From Camelus dromedarius (taxonomy: Eukaryota), in assembly GCF_036321535.1 (NCBI RefSeq), contig NC_087437.1, positions 82,214,001 through 82,278,000 of the forward strand: DNA of 64,000 bases. The letters run 5' to 3'. The stretch's first letter is position 1. Each line of letters opens with the position of its first letter. Positions 38,901 to 51,160 of the stretch are shown one piece after another. The position numbers were made by a program, and so were the translations under genes. The notes beneath the pieces are model-generated. The model did no database searches. It was not told the origin of the DNA and worked only from the letters and a program-made list of their open reading frames with translations.

Positions 38901-40060
38901 AGAGTTCTGTTTCAGAGGAATGGACCCTCTTAGCTGCACCATCCTCTCTCTATACTGTTGTCCTCCCCGCACCCCCCACACCCCCCTCCCCGTGTTGTAG
39001 CACTTCTTATGCCTGCACCCCTCAACAGCTACGTCCCGCACAATTTTCTCTGATAGTCTATTACGGATATTTTGTCCTTTCTCTCCTTAAAGACCCGGGG
39101 AGATGCTATGTGGTTATATTGGCAACCCATTGTCAATGGGGTAGGAAAAGAGAAAGATTATGCTGGGAATCATCACATATTTGTTCTGTCACATAAAAAT
39201 TGGAACTAGATCTTAAGCCTGCTGCAAATAATAGTTTTATTTCTAGAACTCAGGTAAATGTAAGAAGGACTAGTCAAAGTACTGCAGGCCACGGAAGTGG
39301 CTTCTTGATAAGGCTTGATAATTTAGCCATTGATAAGGCTAAATGATCTCTCTTACATTTCCTAATGCAAGAGGAATCTTAAATTTGATATACTTGAGAT
39401 TTGAGCTTCTACAAGTTCCTATAGACTTACGAGGATTTTTATGGAAGGAGGTAAGAAATGTGGATATTTTACACTTAGCCTCTTTTCTTCACTCACTCAT
39501 TCAACACATATTTACCAAGGAGTTACTGGGTATCAGGTCCTGGAATGGAGGATAATCACACAAGGTCCCTATGATGGTGGCAATCAGTGATTTCACTCTT
39601 CACCAAGGATTGTGTCAATGTTTCCAAACATTCTGTAGTAGAGGTATAGCTGCAGCCCCAAACCTCTACCAGTTATGGTTTCTGAGAAGACAGTATGTTA
39701 CATTCCAAGAGAACTCTCAGTGTAGTCAGAGACATCTTAGATACACATTATATGAGGAAGACACATTATAGTTATTCAAGAGAGAACACTGATCAGCTTG
39801 GCTGTATGAACTCCAGCCCTGGTTCCGTTACACATGTCTGGGTGAGCTTAGGGAAGATATCAAGCTCCCTGACTTTTCTCATCTGTAACATTAACTTTAG
39901 TTAAAATTAGCTCCAAGGATCCTTTCAGCATTTATATGGTGTGATTCTCTAAGTTTTTAAACCTAAGGAAGTTAGAGTAGGGTCTAGGTAAATAAAAGTG
40001 CTTGAAACTTCATTTCAGTTTGGAGGCATGTAGCAAGTTTAAGTTACGTTTCTTCTAGGT

Positions 40061-40223
40061 CTATGAATTAAGGTTTAGAAAAATGTAAAGCTTTTTTATT
40101 TGTTGGAGTGAAAATTTAAATCCTTTTAAGAGAAGAATGAGACTTTTGATAATGAGAAATGCCGCAAGTATGAGTGGTACTCCAGAAACTTGATCTATAA
40201 GAATTGAAAAGAGATTTCTTCCA
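40061..40223 (-). CDS. Hypothetical micropeptide, last coding exon (speculative)
   Basis: Strong acceptor in phase with the upstream candidate exon; encodes GRNLFSILIDQVSGVPLILAAFLIIKSLILLLKGFK...NS*; no homology recognised. Confidence 0.2.
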
Positions 40224-41719
40224 CTGAAAGAAAAAAATAGGGTGGCACAGAAGGGCATGACTGCATCTGCAAATACTGTGCTGAAGGAGAGAAGGGCAGC
40301 TTTTGTTTTCCAGGAAGGACAATGGAAGTGAGCCCAAAATTAATAGAGGAGATTGAAGGTGGACCACCAGTGTGTTTTAACATTTTACATATCAGCTATA
40401 GGTGTTCTGTAGGCTTTTGCTATTATGTTACATTGAGAAGTTAGAATTCATTATTATTTTAGCTGATTACTCTATGATCAGCTCTTGGGAACATTTTTGT
40501 TTCAGTCACTTCAGCTTGATTCCATGCAATTTCAACGGCTTTGTGGATTTGCAGACACAGGGCCCCCAGATTATAGACATTCCGACCTTGTGTGACTCCC
40601 TTTAACCCCCTTTCTGCAAATCTATTTGCTTGAGGACAGACTATAAAGAACCTCATTCCTCAAACAGCAAGCGTAGTTACCAAAGCCATAGTGGAATGTC
40701 TGATTAGTGGCTTCTGTGTTGGTGCTGAAATGTGGTTAATATTCTTTCTCACTCTTCACTCTTTGTGTCTCTGCAAAGGAGAACTTTTGCAGAAATCTTG
40801 ATTTACTACTGTGGGGTGTAAACTGATGTTAATGACTGCCAGATCATTGGAAGATCTTTTGCATCATATCCTTAGGATTTTGTAACAATCTGTGAACTGA
40901 TCTTTTTTTTTTTTAATTTAAATTTCTAGATGCTTTGGGTAGTAAGGGGTCCTTTTTACACAATGCTAAAGTGATTCTCTAAATTCCAAAGGGCATTCAT
41001 TTTTTGCTTAACCTCCTCCTCTTCCCTTTCTCCCTTTCTCTTTTTTTTCCTTTTCATTCAACATCTAGAACAGTGAACCTCTCAGAAGATCACACTCTAG
41101 TCTCAAGTGCTATACCTTCTTTAAATTATACGTATGTAAGTTTATGGGGTTCTGGTGGAAGAGAAGGAAGCCAAGGCCTGCAGAAAGACCTAATCTTCAG
41201 AGGGTTGCTTAGAGGACCAGAGGGTGGGGGATCACACTACATGTTGCCATATCCAAAGGAATGACCATGGCTAAGTAGGAGTAAACAGCTGCTTCTAACT
41301 TCTAACTTGCAAATAGTTCCCGGACACTGGGCCCTTTGGGAGCGTGAGAGGTGGATTTGTTGATGTAAACCACCCATTAATTAAAAATACGTATGAGGGT
41401 TTTTATATTCATAGTTTTAAATCATAATTGGCAAAGATCTATGGGTTTTTATGTGGGGCAGACCTGAAGTCATTTTAGTCTTTAGAACCGAGCTACTCTC
41501 TTACGTTAGAGAAGGGCATGGTAGAGACAGAGCTTAACTTATTAGTGGAAATACTCTCATTGATTTAAGAAAAATAAAAGAGCAGATATGGATTTTTGCT
41601 CTTCAGTGTCTCCCCATCTTCCACCTGAGTAAAGGCAGAAAGAAGTTGCCTTTGTGAAAGAGATTCTGATCCTTCCCTTCTCCCGGGGCACTTCCCGGGA
41701 GCCATCCCGCCCAGCTTAC

Positions 41720-41758
41720 CTGTAATTCTCACTCATTCCTACCCTCTCCTCTTGATTT
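41720..41758 (-). other. Candidate 39-bp exon containing an ATG (41736-41734)
   Basis: ccttatttccatttgtgaaacag|AAATCAAGAGGAGAGGGTAGGAATGAGTGAGAATTACAG|gtaagc; purine-rich body, strong donor, moderate acceptor. Confidence 0.4.
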
Positions 41759-44227
41759 CTGTTTCACAAATGGAAATAAGGTGGGATACACTTTCTGATC
41801 ATGGAAAGAATATTGTTTTATAATTCTGAGAATAGTAGAAAATGTAAAATGTGGGCAGCAGGCCCACAAAATCAACACAGCACCCTCCCCAGGTCTCTAG
41901 TCAAATGGGGCAGCTGCTCATCTTTTCTTTCATGAGAAACATTAAAGGAGTCATTCAAAGCCTGCGGAAATGGTGTTGGGTAGGTACAGCCATGAACCCA
42001 GTCCAGACGCAGTGGTTATCGTGGTGTAGAGGAAACTTCTGTTATGTCTCCTCATCCCGCGCAAAGAGGGAGACTTTGGGGAAACTCCATGAAACCCCAC
42101 CACTGATTTTTCTATGAATGTAAGAAGGGCAGTGTGGAGAAAGAATCACTTTGAGTGCCTGGTAAAGACCCTGGGAAAGTGAGATCACGAACAGGCAGAG
42201 ATGATCTCACTCAGTTATTTAGGGTGTTGAACGTGATGCACGCAGGGAAGGCAGTTACTGTGAAATGGTTCATAGCTGGTAGAGTGGATTAACTGCCAGG
42301 AAAAGCAGAAGCAAACCCTGGGAGAACACTTTTCATCCCCAAATTTAGGAATAACAGGGAGCTCTTTTACACTGGCAGCACTTTTTTATTCTCCCAGAAA
42401 AGATAACTTTCCTCAAGGGGATCTGGTGAATGAAGCAGTGTATTTTCACCCTTGTGATGATGGGCCTGAGGCCGGCACTAACATAAAAGAGGAATTAGCT
42501 TGGACATACCACACACTTGGTTTGGCCTGGTCCCATACCTGTGCTCTTGTCATGGTTGATTACCCACTTACAGCAAATATGAAGCAAATATGAAGCAAAC
42601 AGCCTGCACTGTGGCTTAAGATAAAAGGTATTTTAATAAGCTCAGGTCACATATTATCATGGCCAATAGTAATTTTATATCATTTTCTTAAAGGAAACTG
42701 CACTCCTTGCAATAATTTTTTCCAATGAAGCAAAATTTCACATGACAGAACATTTTACATGTAATTCTTTCATTTGAATAATAGCATTGAATCCTCTTTG
42801 TATCCAACAGAATTTTAAGATATTTTTATAATCTCTTCTGATATACAAACAATAAGGAGGAAAGGTTTGGAAGACCCTCAATTAAACTTCTAATGAGTCT
42901 ACTTTCTTTAATAGTGAGAATTAAAAAAAAAAAAAGCTTTGGAGAGTTTTCCCTTTTCAAGTGAAACAATATAAACAACCCCCTCCCCCCCCAAAAGTAA
43001 CTTTTTCCTCTCTTACTTTAAGAACCTTGAGGGCTGAACTAGTGGTTTGGTTTCCTGACTGCCAGCTTTGGTTTGCATCTTGTGCAATTCCCCAGAGGAA
43101 ATATTTGAAGAGGGTTTTTCTCCACATAAGAGGATTTCATCCCACACAGCCCGCAGATTCTGAAGGCAAACTTCATGGACCAAGTGTCTGTTTTTATAGA
43201 AGTAGCTACGGAGTATATTTTTCCTTTCACAGGTGCACACCACTCACTCTTAGACCTCAGAAATAAGAAGGTAAAGACTGAAGTCTTTCCAAATGAGGGT
43301 AGCTTAAGACACCATATTTCAGTGAGAATCGGGTGCCAATCAGGTTGATTTTCACTTGATGAGGGAAAGAGGGTGACAAGCAGGGATCGAACTTCCAAAG
43401 CTTTCAAGCTGATCTTTCTTTACAACCGTCTGATGTAAACAGAAGTATTGTATAATCTGGCCTGTATTTTCCCTCTTACTGTGAAACATATTGAAACGCT
43501 TTATGTTTAGGTGTGTGTGTAGAAATTTGTGGAGTTCTTTTATACTCTTTCTTATTCCAACACTATTCTCATTTTAGGACGTCTAGAAAAGATAGCTCTG
43601 TGAGAGCACATTCTGCCCCAGCTTGTAAATTTGGATTTGTTCTTTGCTATCTACCAGCCACCTGATTACGGTCTCTGTGCAAAGGGCACCGGTTCACATC
43701 ATTTTTTCCAAGCACTTAAACCTGGAAAGATATTTATTAAAGGACTCACAGAAGCTGTCTTGGGGGATTGGAAAACATCGCAAAATTGTTAGCAGACCTT
43801 TGACGGTGCTATTTTTAGGAAACTAATTGTGTTCTTTTAAAGTACATTTTTGACAATGGGACAAAGTTTTCCTTGCCCCCACCGATATGTGAAATATTTA
43901 CAATGAAAAACATCAGTAAAACTCCCAAACAGATACACTTTAACCTCAGCAGCAGCCAGCAACAGGGGAAAAGTGATTTAAAAGGAGAAAAGGGTTTTTT
44001 TCTTTTTTTTTTTGCAATATTTATGCTGCTGTTCCTGCCCAAAATGAACTTTTATTTTACCGTTCAAACAGAAGTTTGTTTTCAAACCAGTTGCTGGTTA
44101 AAGGAGCAGCTGATCTGGCATCCATAGGAATCAGCTCTAACCAAACAGTAAGCACGTTGACCAGAGGAAGCTTATTCCCCCGAAGCAACCCCTAGTAGGT
44201 CAGATGCCTGCAGCAGTGTTATCTTAC

Positions 44228-44300
44228 CTTGAGCACGTAAGATCCAGGAGAGAAGCTCGGGGGCTCCCACAGGAGAGGACCAGGAGAGCGCTCTGATCCG
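44228..44300 (-). other. Candidate first exon of the minus-strand transcript
   Basis: Starts ~30 nt downstream of CATAAAA, retains CpGs, ends in AAG|GTAAGA. Confidence 0.55.
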
Positions 44301-45150
44301 CTTCTGGTAACATGCACTTGGCTTTTATGGGCAGGTGGGAGGAGCTGCTCCTCATAGTAGGTGGGCAGAGAAGGAGGGCGGACGGCAGCCCCGGGAGGAG
44401 CTGGACACTTCTCTAGGGAGGGGCGGAGAGGGCAGAGCGAGGAGCCCGAAAGAGGGAGGAGGGGCGGGGAGCGAGGGGGGTTAGGAGCGGAGGACGCAGT
44501 TGAAACGGGAGAGGGAGGGAGAGAGGGAAAGGAAAAAGAGAGAGAGAACGGAGAGAAACAGAGATACAGAGAAAGCGGTGTAGACCACCGACAGGGAAAA
44601 GGTTGGAGAGAGAATCAATAAGAGACAGAGACGCCCAACACGCAAGACAAGGAAGGAAAAGGGGATCGGATTATTTTCCCTTTTTGTATGACATTTTTGA
44701 TGGTGTGTGGAAGGGCGGGTGAGATCTGAGGGGCTATGATAATAAAAGGTGTTTTCTGTGAATTTGAAAAGCTGAATAACAGTTCAGGAACCTTGAAGGG
44801 TTCAGAGTCGAGCCAAAACAGGGGAAGCTGGCCATCGGAGTAGCACATCCCAAGTGCGGGGTGGACACGCAGCGGGCAGAGCGGGTAGCAGACCTCCATG
44901 GCCGCGATCCCCGCGGTCTCCCTGCGCCCCCAAAGTCCTGGTCTCCCACCACCCGCGGGCAAAACCTAGCCCTTTCACTGATCACTCCTGGCTGTGCTTT
45001 TGGACCAGAAAGTTCTCCCGGTGCTGCCGGCAGTGAGCAGCACCCAGAGGCCCTTACGGCGTTAAGGTAAATCCAGCAAAGGTTGGAGAGGATCAGCGGA
45101 GATTGGCTTGTGGAGAAAGGAACCTCAAAACCGGCCTCGGTCCTCCGACA
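44230..45150. promoter_or_regulatory. CpG-rich promoter region / weak CpG island, probably bidirectional
   Basis: Only strongly CpG-retaining GC-rich region in the window (core 44830-45150); Sp1 boxes GGGGCGGGG; GA-rich tract 44440-44660; + strand donors CGG|GTGAGA (44718) and AAG|GTAAAT (45066). Confidence 0.8.
44322..44329 (-). promoter_or_regulatory. TATA-like box (CATAAAAG)
   Basis: Beta-globin-type CATAAAA in a GC-rich context, with GC boxes upstream at 44419-44428 and 44461-44469. Confidence 0.5.
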
Positions 45151-45529
45151 TCTGCTTATGTAACAGGATTTCAGGGCTCTCTGCCCTCTGGTTATTTTCG
45201 GTATTTTAAAAACTCTCATTCCTAGCAATTGGAAAACGTCTTGGTGCCATAGCTCTCTGTGTGTGTGTCTTAAACATTAAGAGAGGATTCAACCAACAAG
45301 AGGCTGAAGGATAAGGCTGAAATTCTTAAGAAATACATTCAGAGAAAGAAAAACAAACTCCTTTAGCTGCTGAGTGGTGACTCACTTCCTAGTCCCAGCT
45401 TGATTTTTGCCACCAAAGGAATTAAAGCATTTTCAAAGAGAGAACCTGAGCCTTGGGGATGAGGGGTACTGACAGGAGGAAGGGAGGGGCAGGGAGATGG
45501 CTAGGTGGGCCTGGGAAGAGTAAGAGAAC

Positions 45530-45750
45530 TAATTTACTGAATTTACTGATATATAACTCTCTCTATATATCTACAGCCATGTATGTACCTATATAAAACT
45601 TGATTTAGTGTTCACTACAACCTTATGAAGTAAGTATGATATATATCCTGTAGACTTTTTAAAAAAGGAATTTCAAAAGGGTTAAGCAACTAGCTCAAGC
45701 TGACAAGAAGTGGAACCACGGCTGGTGAGCTTGCAAAGCGTGTGCACTCT
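45530..45750 (-). mobile_element. MIR fragment
   Basis: 'cactacaaccttatgaagtaagtatg...aagggttaagcaactagctcaag'. Confidence 0.55.
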
Positions 45751-45859
45751 GTGAGTCAGGCCACCTTATAGAACACCTAGCCTGGGCTCGGGTTAGATCC
45801 TGATGTCTTTGGAGGTGAGGGTACCAGACTCTAAAAGAAGGAAGAATGATGGCCAAGAG

Positions 45860-46081
45860 CAGGGTTTGTCAAACTAGGTACTACTCAAATCTTGGGCCGG
45901 ATAATTCTTTCTTGTGGGGACATCTGGGAATTGTAGGATGTTGAGCAGTATCTCTGGCCTCTACCCACCAGATTCTAATAGCACCCTCCTCCCCAAGTTG
46001 TGAAAATTAAAAGTGTCTGTACACTTAGCGAAATGTCAGGGCTGTGAGGCAAAAATCCCCTCCTCCTTTTAAGAACCATTG
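45860..46081. mobile_element. MER20 hAT-Charlie DNA transposon
   Basis: 'ttgggccggataattctttcttgtgggg...tgtaggatgttgagcagtatctctggcctctacccaccagat...ttaagaaccattg'. Confidence 0.88.
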
Positions 46082-47579
46082 GTTTTTAAAAGATCCACAA
46101 CTGTGCAAAAGGATTTTAAAGAAATTCACTAAGGACATACCCAACAGTGGAATTTGGATAATAGTAATACTAGCTACCATATGCGTTAAGGTTACACTGG
46201 ACATCATTTTTAAATATTCATCTTCCCATATGTCTGCCTCTAGAGCTCAAAGCCTCAAATTGCTTTTTTTTTTTTTGATAACTAAGCTTATTTTCAATTG
46301 GATACACCTGGGAGTCAATAAAGTAGAACCTTATGTGCTCAGGGTATGAAGGAAGATTAACGATATATGAGATGAAAAATTTAAGCTCTTTATCATATAT
46401 AAACAAATTTGACATTAGAACCGTTATCCAAATGTTACTTCTGATGTTTCATGACATTGATTATTTGTCTTAATATTTATAATTTTTTATCTCTAGGTCC
46501 CCATTTCAAATTATATTCAGTAACCTTTTGGCGGTGAAGAAGTTACATCTAGTGGTTAACTAGCTAGCAGAAAACAAGTGCTCAATAGATACATATAGTC
46601 CAATTGAATACATGACACTATTGAATACTGATGCATAGAGAGTGGCCAGTATTTATTGGTTTAATGAATGAATAAAAGAATAAATGAATGTTTAGAAACC
46701 TAGAACTTTCACATTAACTTTCCTGCCCATTTGCATTGATTTTACTCTCTTCTCACTCTCCATAACTCAGTTTTCCTCCTTCCAAATAGTATGTTTGAAT
46801 TTCGAGGATGTGGCTAAATCCATTAAACGAAGTCTATGAAATGAATAACCCTTGTTACTGGACATGAAAAATAAGACTGCATTCACTAGTCTGGGGTTGA
46901 ACCCTGAGATTAATGTGATTTTACAGGCAAGGTACCACTTCTGGCACTTTTTAATTTAGCAAAGAAATGTTTTCTGGGCAGACTAAGCAGGACCTAGTTA
47001 GAGGAGCATCTGGATGATAAATATATTAGTAGGTAGCCTCATCAGATTATAGCAAATCATCTTTTCAGTCCTAATTTAATGCCTCCAGACATTCCAGTTC
47101 CATCACATCGTTGGAAAAATAGAAACAGAAAAGGCAAGAAAAGCACTTTCAAAGGGAAAGCAATTGACAGCTATCTTTTCTTCTCCCTTTCTTTCTATCG
47201 CTCCCTCCTTTCAAACCTGAATATCCAGCCACTGTAACAAAAGATCTCCTTTCATTTCCTTTGGATGGTGCTAATGATTAGTTCTATTTCTCCAGTTCAC
47301 ACTTGCCCAAATCTGATTCAGTAGCATATCTGGACAGCAAGTCAGGAATCCAGGAAAGTGATCTCTTTGCTGACTCTTAGAGTGCCTTCTAGAATCTCTT
47401 GAAGGTGACTGAGGTTTGAAATGACCTAGTTTGGCCTTCTGTGGAAAGAAAGGAATCCAATGACAACATACTAGATGCTCTGAAGTTTCCATTGTATGAA
47501 TATAATAACAGCTACAGATGATTACCTTATTTTAAAGAGCTTTGAAATGGAAACTTTTTTTTTGTGCTTATTTAGAATT

Positions 47580-48040
47580 AATCAGTTAACAAATATTTAT
47601 TAAGAATGGATACAGACAGTGTGGGTATTCAAAGCAGAGGAAAACAAGAATGTAGATCTGTTCTCATGGAGGGAAAAAAAGCATGAAATCCTATTAGTTG
47701 GGTAGCAAAGAGATTTCAGGGAGGAGGTAGCATTGGAGCTGAGCCATGGAAAGTCGCATTGGGATAGATGAGTGATGAATAATAGAGCAAGGGAGGGAAT
47801 GTATGCAACTGGGGAAGGCACAGAAGGGAAGGCACAGAGTTATTGGGAGGATGGTGAATTAGTCAGCATGACTGAAGTGAAGGGTCTGTGCAGCAGAACA
47901 ATGAGACCAAGAAGCTGGAAAGGAGATGGGGAGGCAGTGTGTGGAAGGCCTTAAATGTCACCTTGGTAGTTTGAACTGTATACTGTAGGCACTGAAGAGT
48001 CATTGAAGACTTCTGAGCAGTCAAATGGCTGAGCAGTCGA
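47580..48040 (-). mobile_element. L2 fragment
   Basis: 'aacaaatatttattaag', 'agagatttcagggaggaggtagcattggagctgagcc', 'gagtcattgaagacttctgagcag'. Confidence 0.75.
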
Positions 48041-48849
48041 TGGAAATGGTGGATCATTAAGAATTCACTTTTCTTTGAATAGGGTCTTTATAGTAGCTCT
48101 GCACATAAATATTTGCCTGTATGTCCAGAGCCATTAGTATCCTTAGAAACAGAGAAATCTGAGTGTCTGTGTCCTGCAGACTTGTAGGTCTGTGTGAGGT
48201 GGCAGAAACAATGGTGGTCCTAGCCCAGAGTATCCCTACATGTCCTGAGTGGTTGTAAGGAGATGGGAAGGCAGGATTCTTCCAGGGTGTGGCCAGAATG
48301 AATGTGAAGGTGGGTGTCTGCTCTGTGTGTCAGAGGAGCCAGTCTTTCCTTCACCTGTTGTAGCTTTAAGTTTATCAAAAATATATCTATCTCAAGACAA
48401 TAGGTCTGATATAGGAGATCCTTGAATTTTCACCGATGGCAAACTTCAGCCTTCAACTTTTCCTGCTACTCCTAAGTGCTTTAAAATGCAAATGAATGGG
48501 TCTGGGTCTAAGCAAAAAATCACTGATGATTTGCAGTTTGATGTACAGAAATTTGCTCTCCATCTATCAAATGACCCATCAGTTAGTCAGCCTACGCTTG
48601 TGCTAAGTATCACCAAATATGATCTTGGACTGCAAGGCACTTACAATTGCCAGCTCTCCTAGGACATTTAAAGTAGGGTTTTATTTACAAAAATTGAAAA
48701 GGCTCACAGCACAGAAGAAAGGCACACCTCTCCTGCATTCCAAAGGAACGTTGGATTCTGTGAGTCACTGCTTTCCTGTTGGCCCAGATGGTAGAAAGCT
48801 GACTGACGTGGGTGATCCCACAGACGACTGCCTCAGCTTCCGCAGGCTT

Positions 48850-49020
48850 TATAAAGAGCACTGGACAGAGAGTCAGGAAATCAGGGGTTTAGTCCCAGCT
48901 GGGCCACTAACTACCCATGAAAACTTAGGGCAGATGTTTTATCCTTTTTGGATTCAGTGTCTGTATGTAAAATAAAGAAGCTTAACCAAACATTCTCTGA
49001 AGTTCTTTCCACCTTTCAGC
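48850..49020 (+). mobile_element. MIR SINE
   Basis: 'aaagagcactggacagagagtcaggaaatcaggggtttagtcccagctgggccactaact'. Confidence 0.75.
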
Positions 49021-50164
49021 TGCCTGCTTTCTGCCAGTTGGTCGATGCTCTTCTTGCTCAACATCCCCATGAAGTCAACCTGCCATTCAATGATACATGT
49101 GCTCAATTTTAGACTTGGGAGTAAGAGCTCATAATGCATTAGTCCAGTGTTTGCTACAAGGGGATCACACCCCAACACTGAAGCTTGTCTGTATTCTAGG
49201 TACAGAATCCCCAAAGGTGGGATATACCATTGTCACTTAACTAGCTCTTAACTGTAACCATTGTCTAAGTATCAGGACTTGGCAGAAATCTCCTGGATTT
49301 AGCCATTAGCCTGTAAATCTTGAAGTTTTTTTTAACTTTCTTCCTCTGAGTTAAGTAGTGATTCTCCTTTTGATTGATGGAAATGTAACCACACCACATA
49401 GATCCCCAGTTTCTGAAAATTCTATCCATTATGCCAGTTTTACCTGATGTCCAAATAAATTGATTTGATTTCCTAAGAAGCTCTCTTCGCCCACTGTGAA
49501 TTCTTCCCTCTCCTAGTTCCTCACCTCTTTGTATCTTTAATTAGGAAAAATTTGGTTGCCCTCTTCAATATAGACAAATCACTGTGGTCTTTTTTAGTTT
49601 CCCAAATAATTGCATGTTTACTAGGGTCTCTGAACCTTTTCCCGGCTCATTCTCTCCCCATAACCAATGGCACCTAACGTCATTCCATTCTATTTCTGTT
49701 TCTTAATTTCATTTGAGGAATTCTCTCATGGGGGTAGTGCAATGGGGAGGCAGAAGTATAGTCCAGGGATTTTTTTCTTACTCTAGAGTGGAAAAGTAAA
49801 AGCTTTCCAGGGTGCTAGAGAAATACAGTTAACCCCTACCATATAGCATCTTAGATCCTGTCTAAGATATGGGAGTGTCTGATCCTAGACATCCCTTGCT
49901 GAATAATTCTTAATACTGCTTTATCTTCTACCCTCCATTCTTTCTAATTGTGGCTTACTCTCTTATGCTTTTATTAATATTTACCTCTTACTCATTTTAA
50001 TAAATCCCTTATTTCCTGCTCAGAGTCTTATCTTATATAAACTAAGATTTTCTTGAAAAACTTAAGTGTGAGAGGCAAAAATGTTTATCTGAGATGAGAG
50101 ATCTAACAGGTGCCCTGGCCTTAGACTGACATGTCCTATCCCCAAATCACTTTGCCTCTTGCCC

Positions 50165-50720
50165 CCACAGCAGTTACCCTAAAACCAGCGATGGTTACGT
50201 CATGCCTTCACTCAGACACCTTCAACAACACTACACTATTTATTAAAAAACCCAAATATTGTACAGCACAGGGAATATAGCCAATATGTTATAATAACGA
50301 TACATGAAGTATAACCTTTAAAAATTGTGAATCACTATGTTGTAAACCTGAAACTTATTTAATATTGTACATCAGCTATACCTCAATTAAAAAAATCCGA
50401 TTTGTCTTCTTGCATTGAAGATCCCCCTCCAAGATTCAAGCCCAGGCTTCATTTCCAATTTCATTTACATACCCTGTGCTCCAGTCAGGAGAAACAATTT
50501 GCTTTTCACAACATCTGCACCCTTGATTCTTCATCTTCTATGTGATGGTGGTTGGAGGGTCTGTTTCCCGATCCATCTATGGACACATGCTCAAATTCTT
50601 CATTACTTCAAAACTGCCTTCTTCAGGAAATGTTATCTGATGTTTTTCTGAACCTCCCAGGAAAACTGGGACTTCTGACATTTTCCTCTGTTTACTGTTT
50701 TATACATATGCTCACTTATT
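50165..50720 (+). mobile_element. L2 fragment interrupted by an L1 3' end
   Basis: 'atggttacgtcatgccttcactcagacaccttcaac' ... 'cttcaaaactgccttcttcaggaaatgttatctga'. Confidence 0.55.
50259..50395 (+). mobile_element. Short L1 3' end
   Basis: 'tgtacagcacagggaatatagccaatat...gtgaatcactatgttgtaaacctgaaact...ctatacctcaattaaaaaaa'. Confidence 0.85.
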
Positions 50721-50782
50721 TTCTCCTCAAATTCACTGCTCCCTCCTTGAAGACTTTTTTCCCCTGACACCAGGCCTAGTAA

Positions 50783-50784
<2 letters not shown>

Positions 50785-50818
<34 letters not shown>
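50785..50818. repeat. (GT)17 microsatellite
   Basis: 17 perfect GT units. Confidence 0.95.
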
Positions 50819-50820
<2 letters not shown>

Positions 50821-50909
50821 TTGTGGGTTGTAGAACTTTTTTGCAAATAAATCATTATGTTCTCTCCTACCTTTCTCTCTTCTTAGCCCCTTTTTCTCCA
50901 TTTGGATCA

Positions 50910-51160
50910 AAAAACATTCACAGCTGCTAGTATGTTTCTGGCAGGGTCATAGAAACTGGGGTTCAAAAGACCAATATGACTTGGTTCCCACTTTTGAGGA
51001 ATTTAAACAGTCTGGTGAGGGAGACACAACTAATTTCCACTCAGCATGGTAAATTCTATTGGTGAGGTAAGTACTGGGCACTATGGGAGCTCAGAGAAGG
51101 CCCTTGCTCATGATGAGAAGCTTTGAGGTGGTTACTCAAGATGCCAGGTGTAAGTCAGAG
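50910..51160 (-). mobile_element. L2 fragment
   Basis: 'cagtctggtgagggagacac...gggcactatgggagctcagagaagg'. Confidence 0.6.

Larger units (their letters stand above)
40061..44300 (-). ncRNA. Candidate spliced three-exon transcript (lncRNA or micropeptide mRNA)
   Basis: CATAAAA box 44329-44323; donor AAG|GTAAGA at 44228/44227; exon 41758-41720 with CAG|GTAAGC; acceptor ccctatttttttctttcag at 40224; AATAAA at 40100-40095. Ab initio only. Confidence 0.35.

Noticed and set aside
43233..43270. Isolated exon-like segments (+ 43233-43270, + 37205-37250, - ~42571-42603, - ~5851-5972)
   Set aside because: Plausible splice pairs, but no promoter or frame linkage. Pseudo-exons are common, which also tempers the three-exon model.
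44615..45228. 115-164 aa ORFs over the CpG-rich region
   Set aside because: GC-rich DNA is stop-poor; these overlap on both strands, mostly lack ATG starts and show no recognisable domain.
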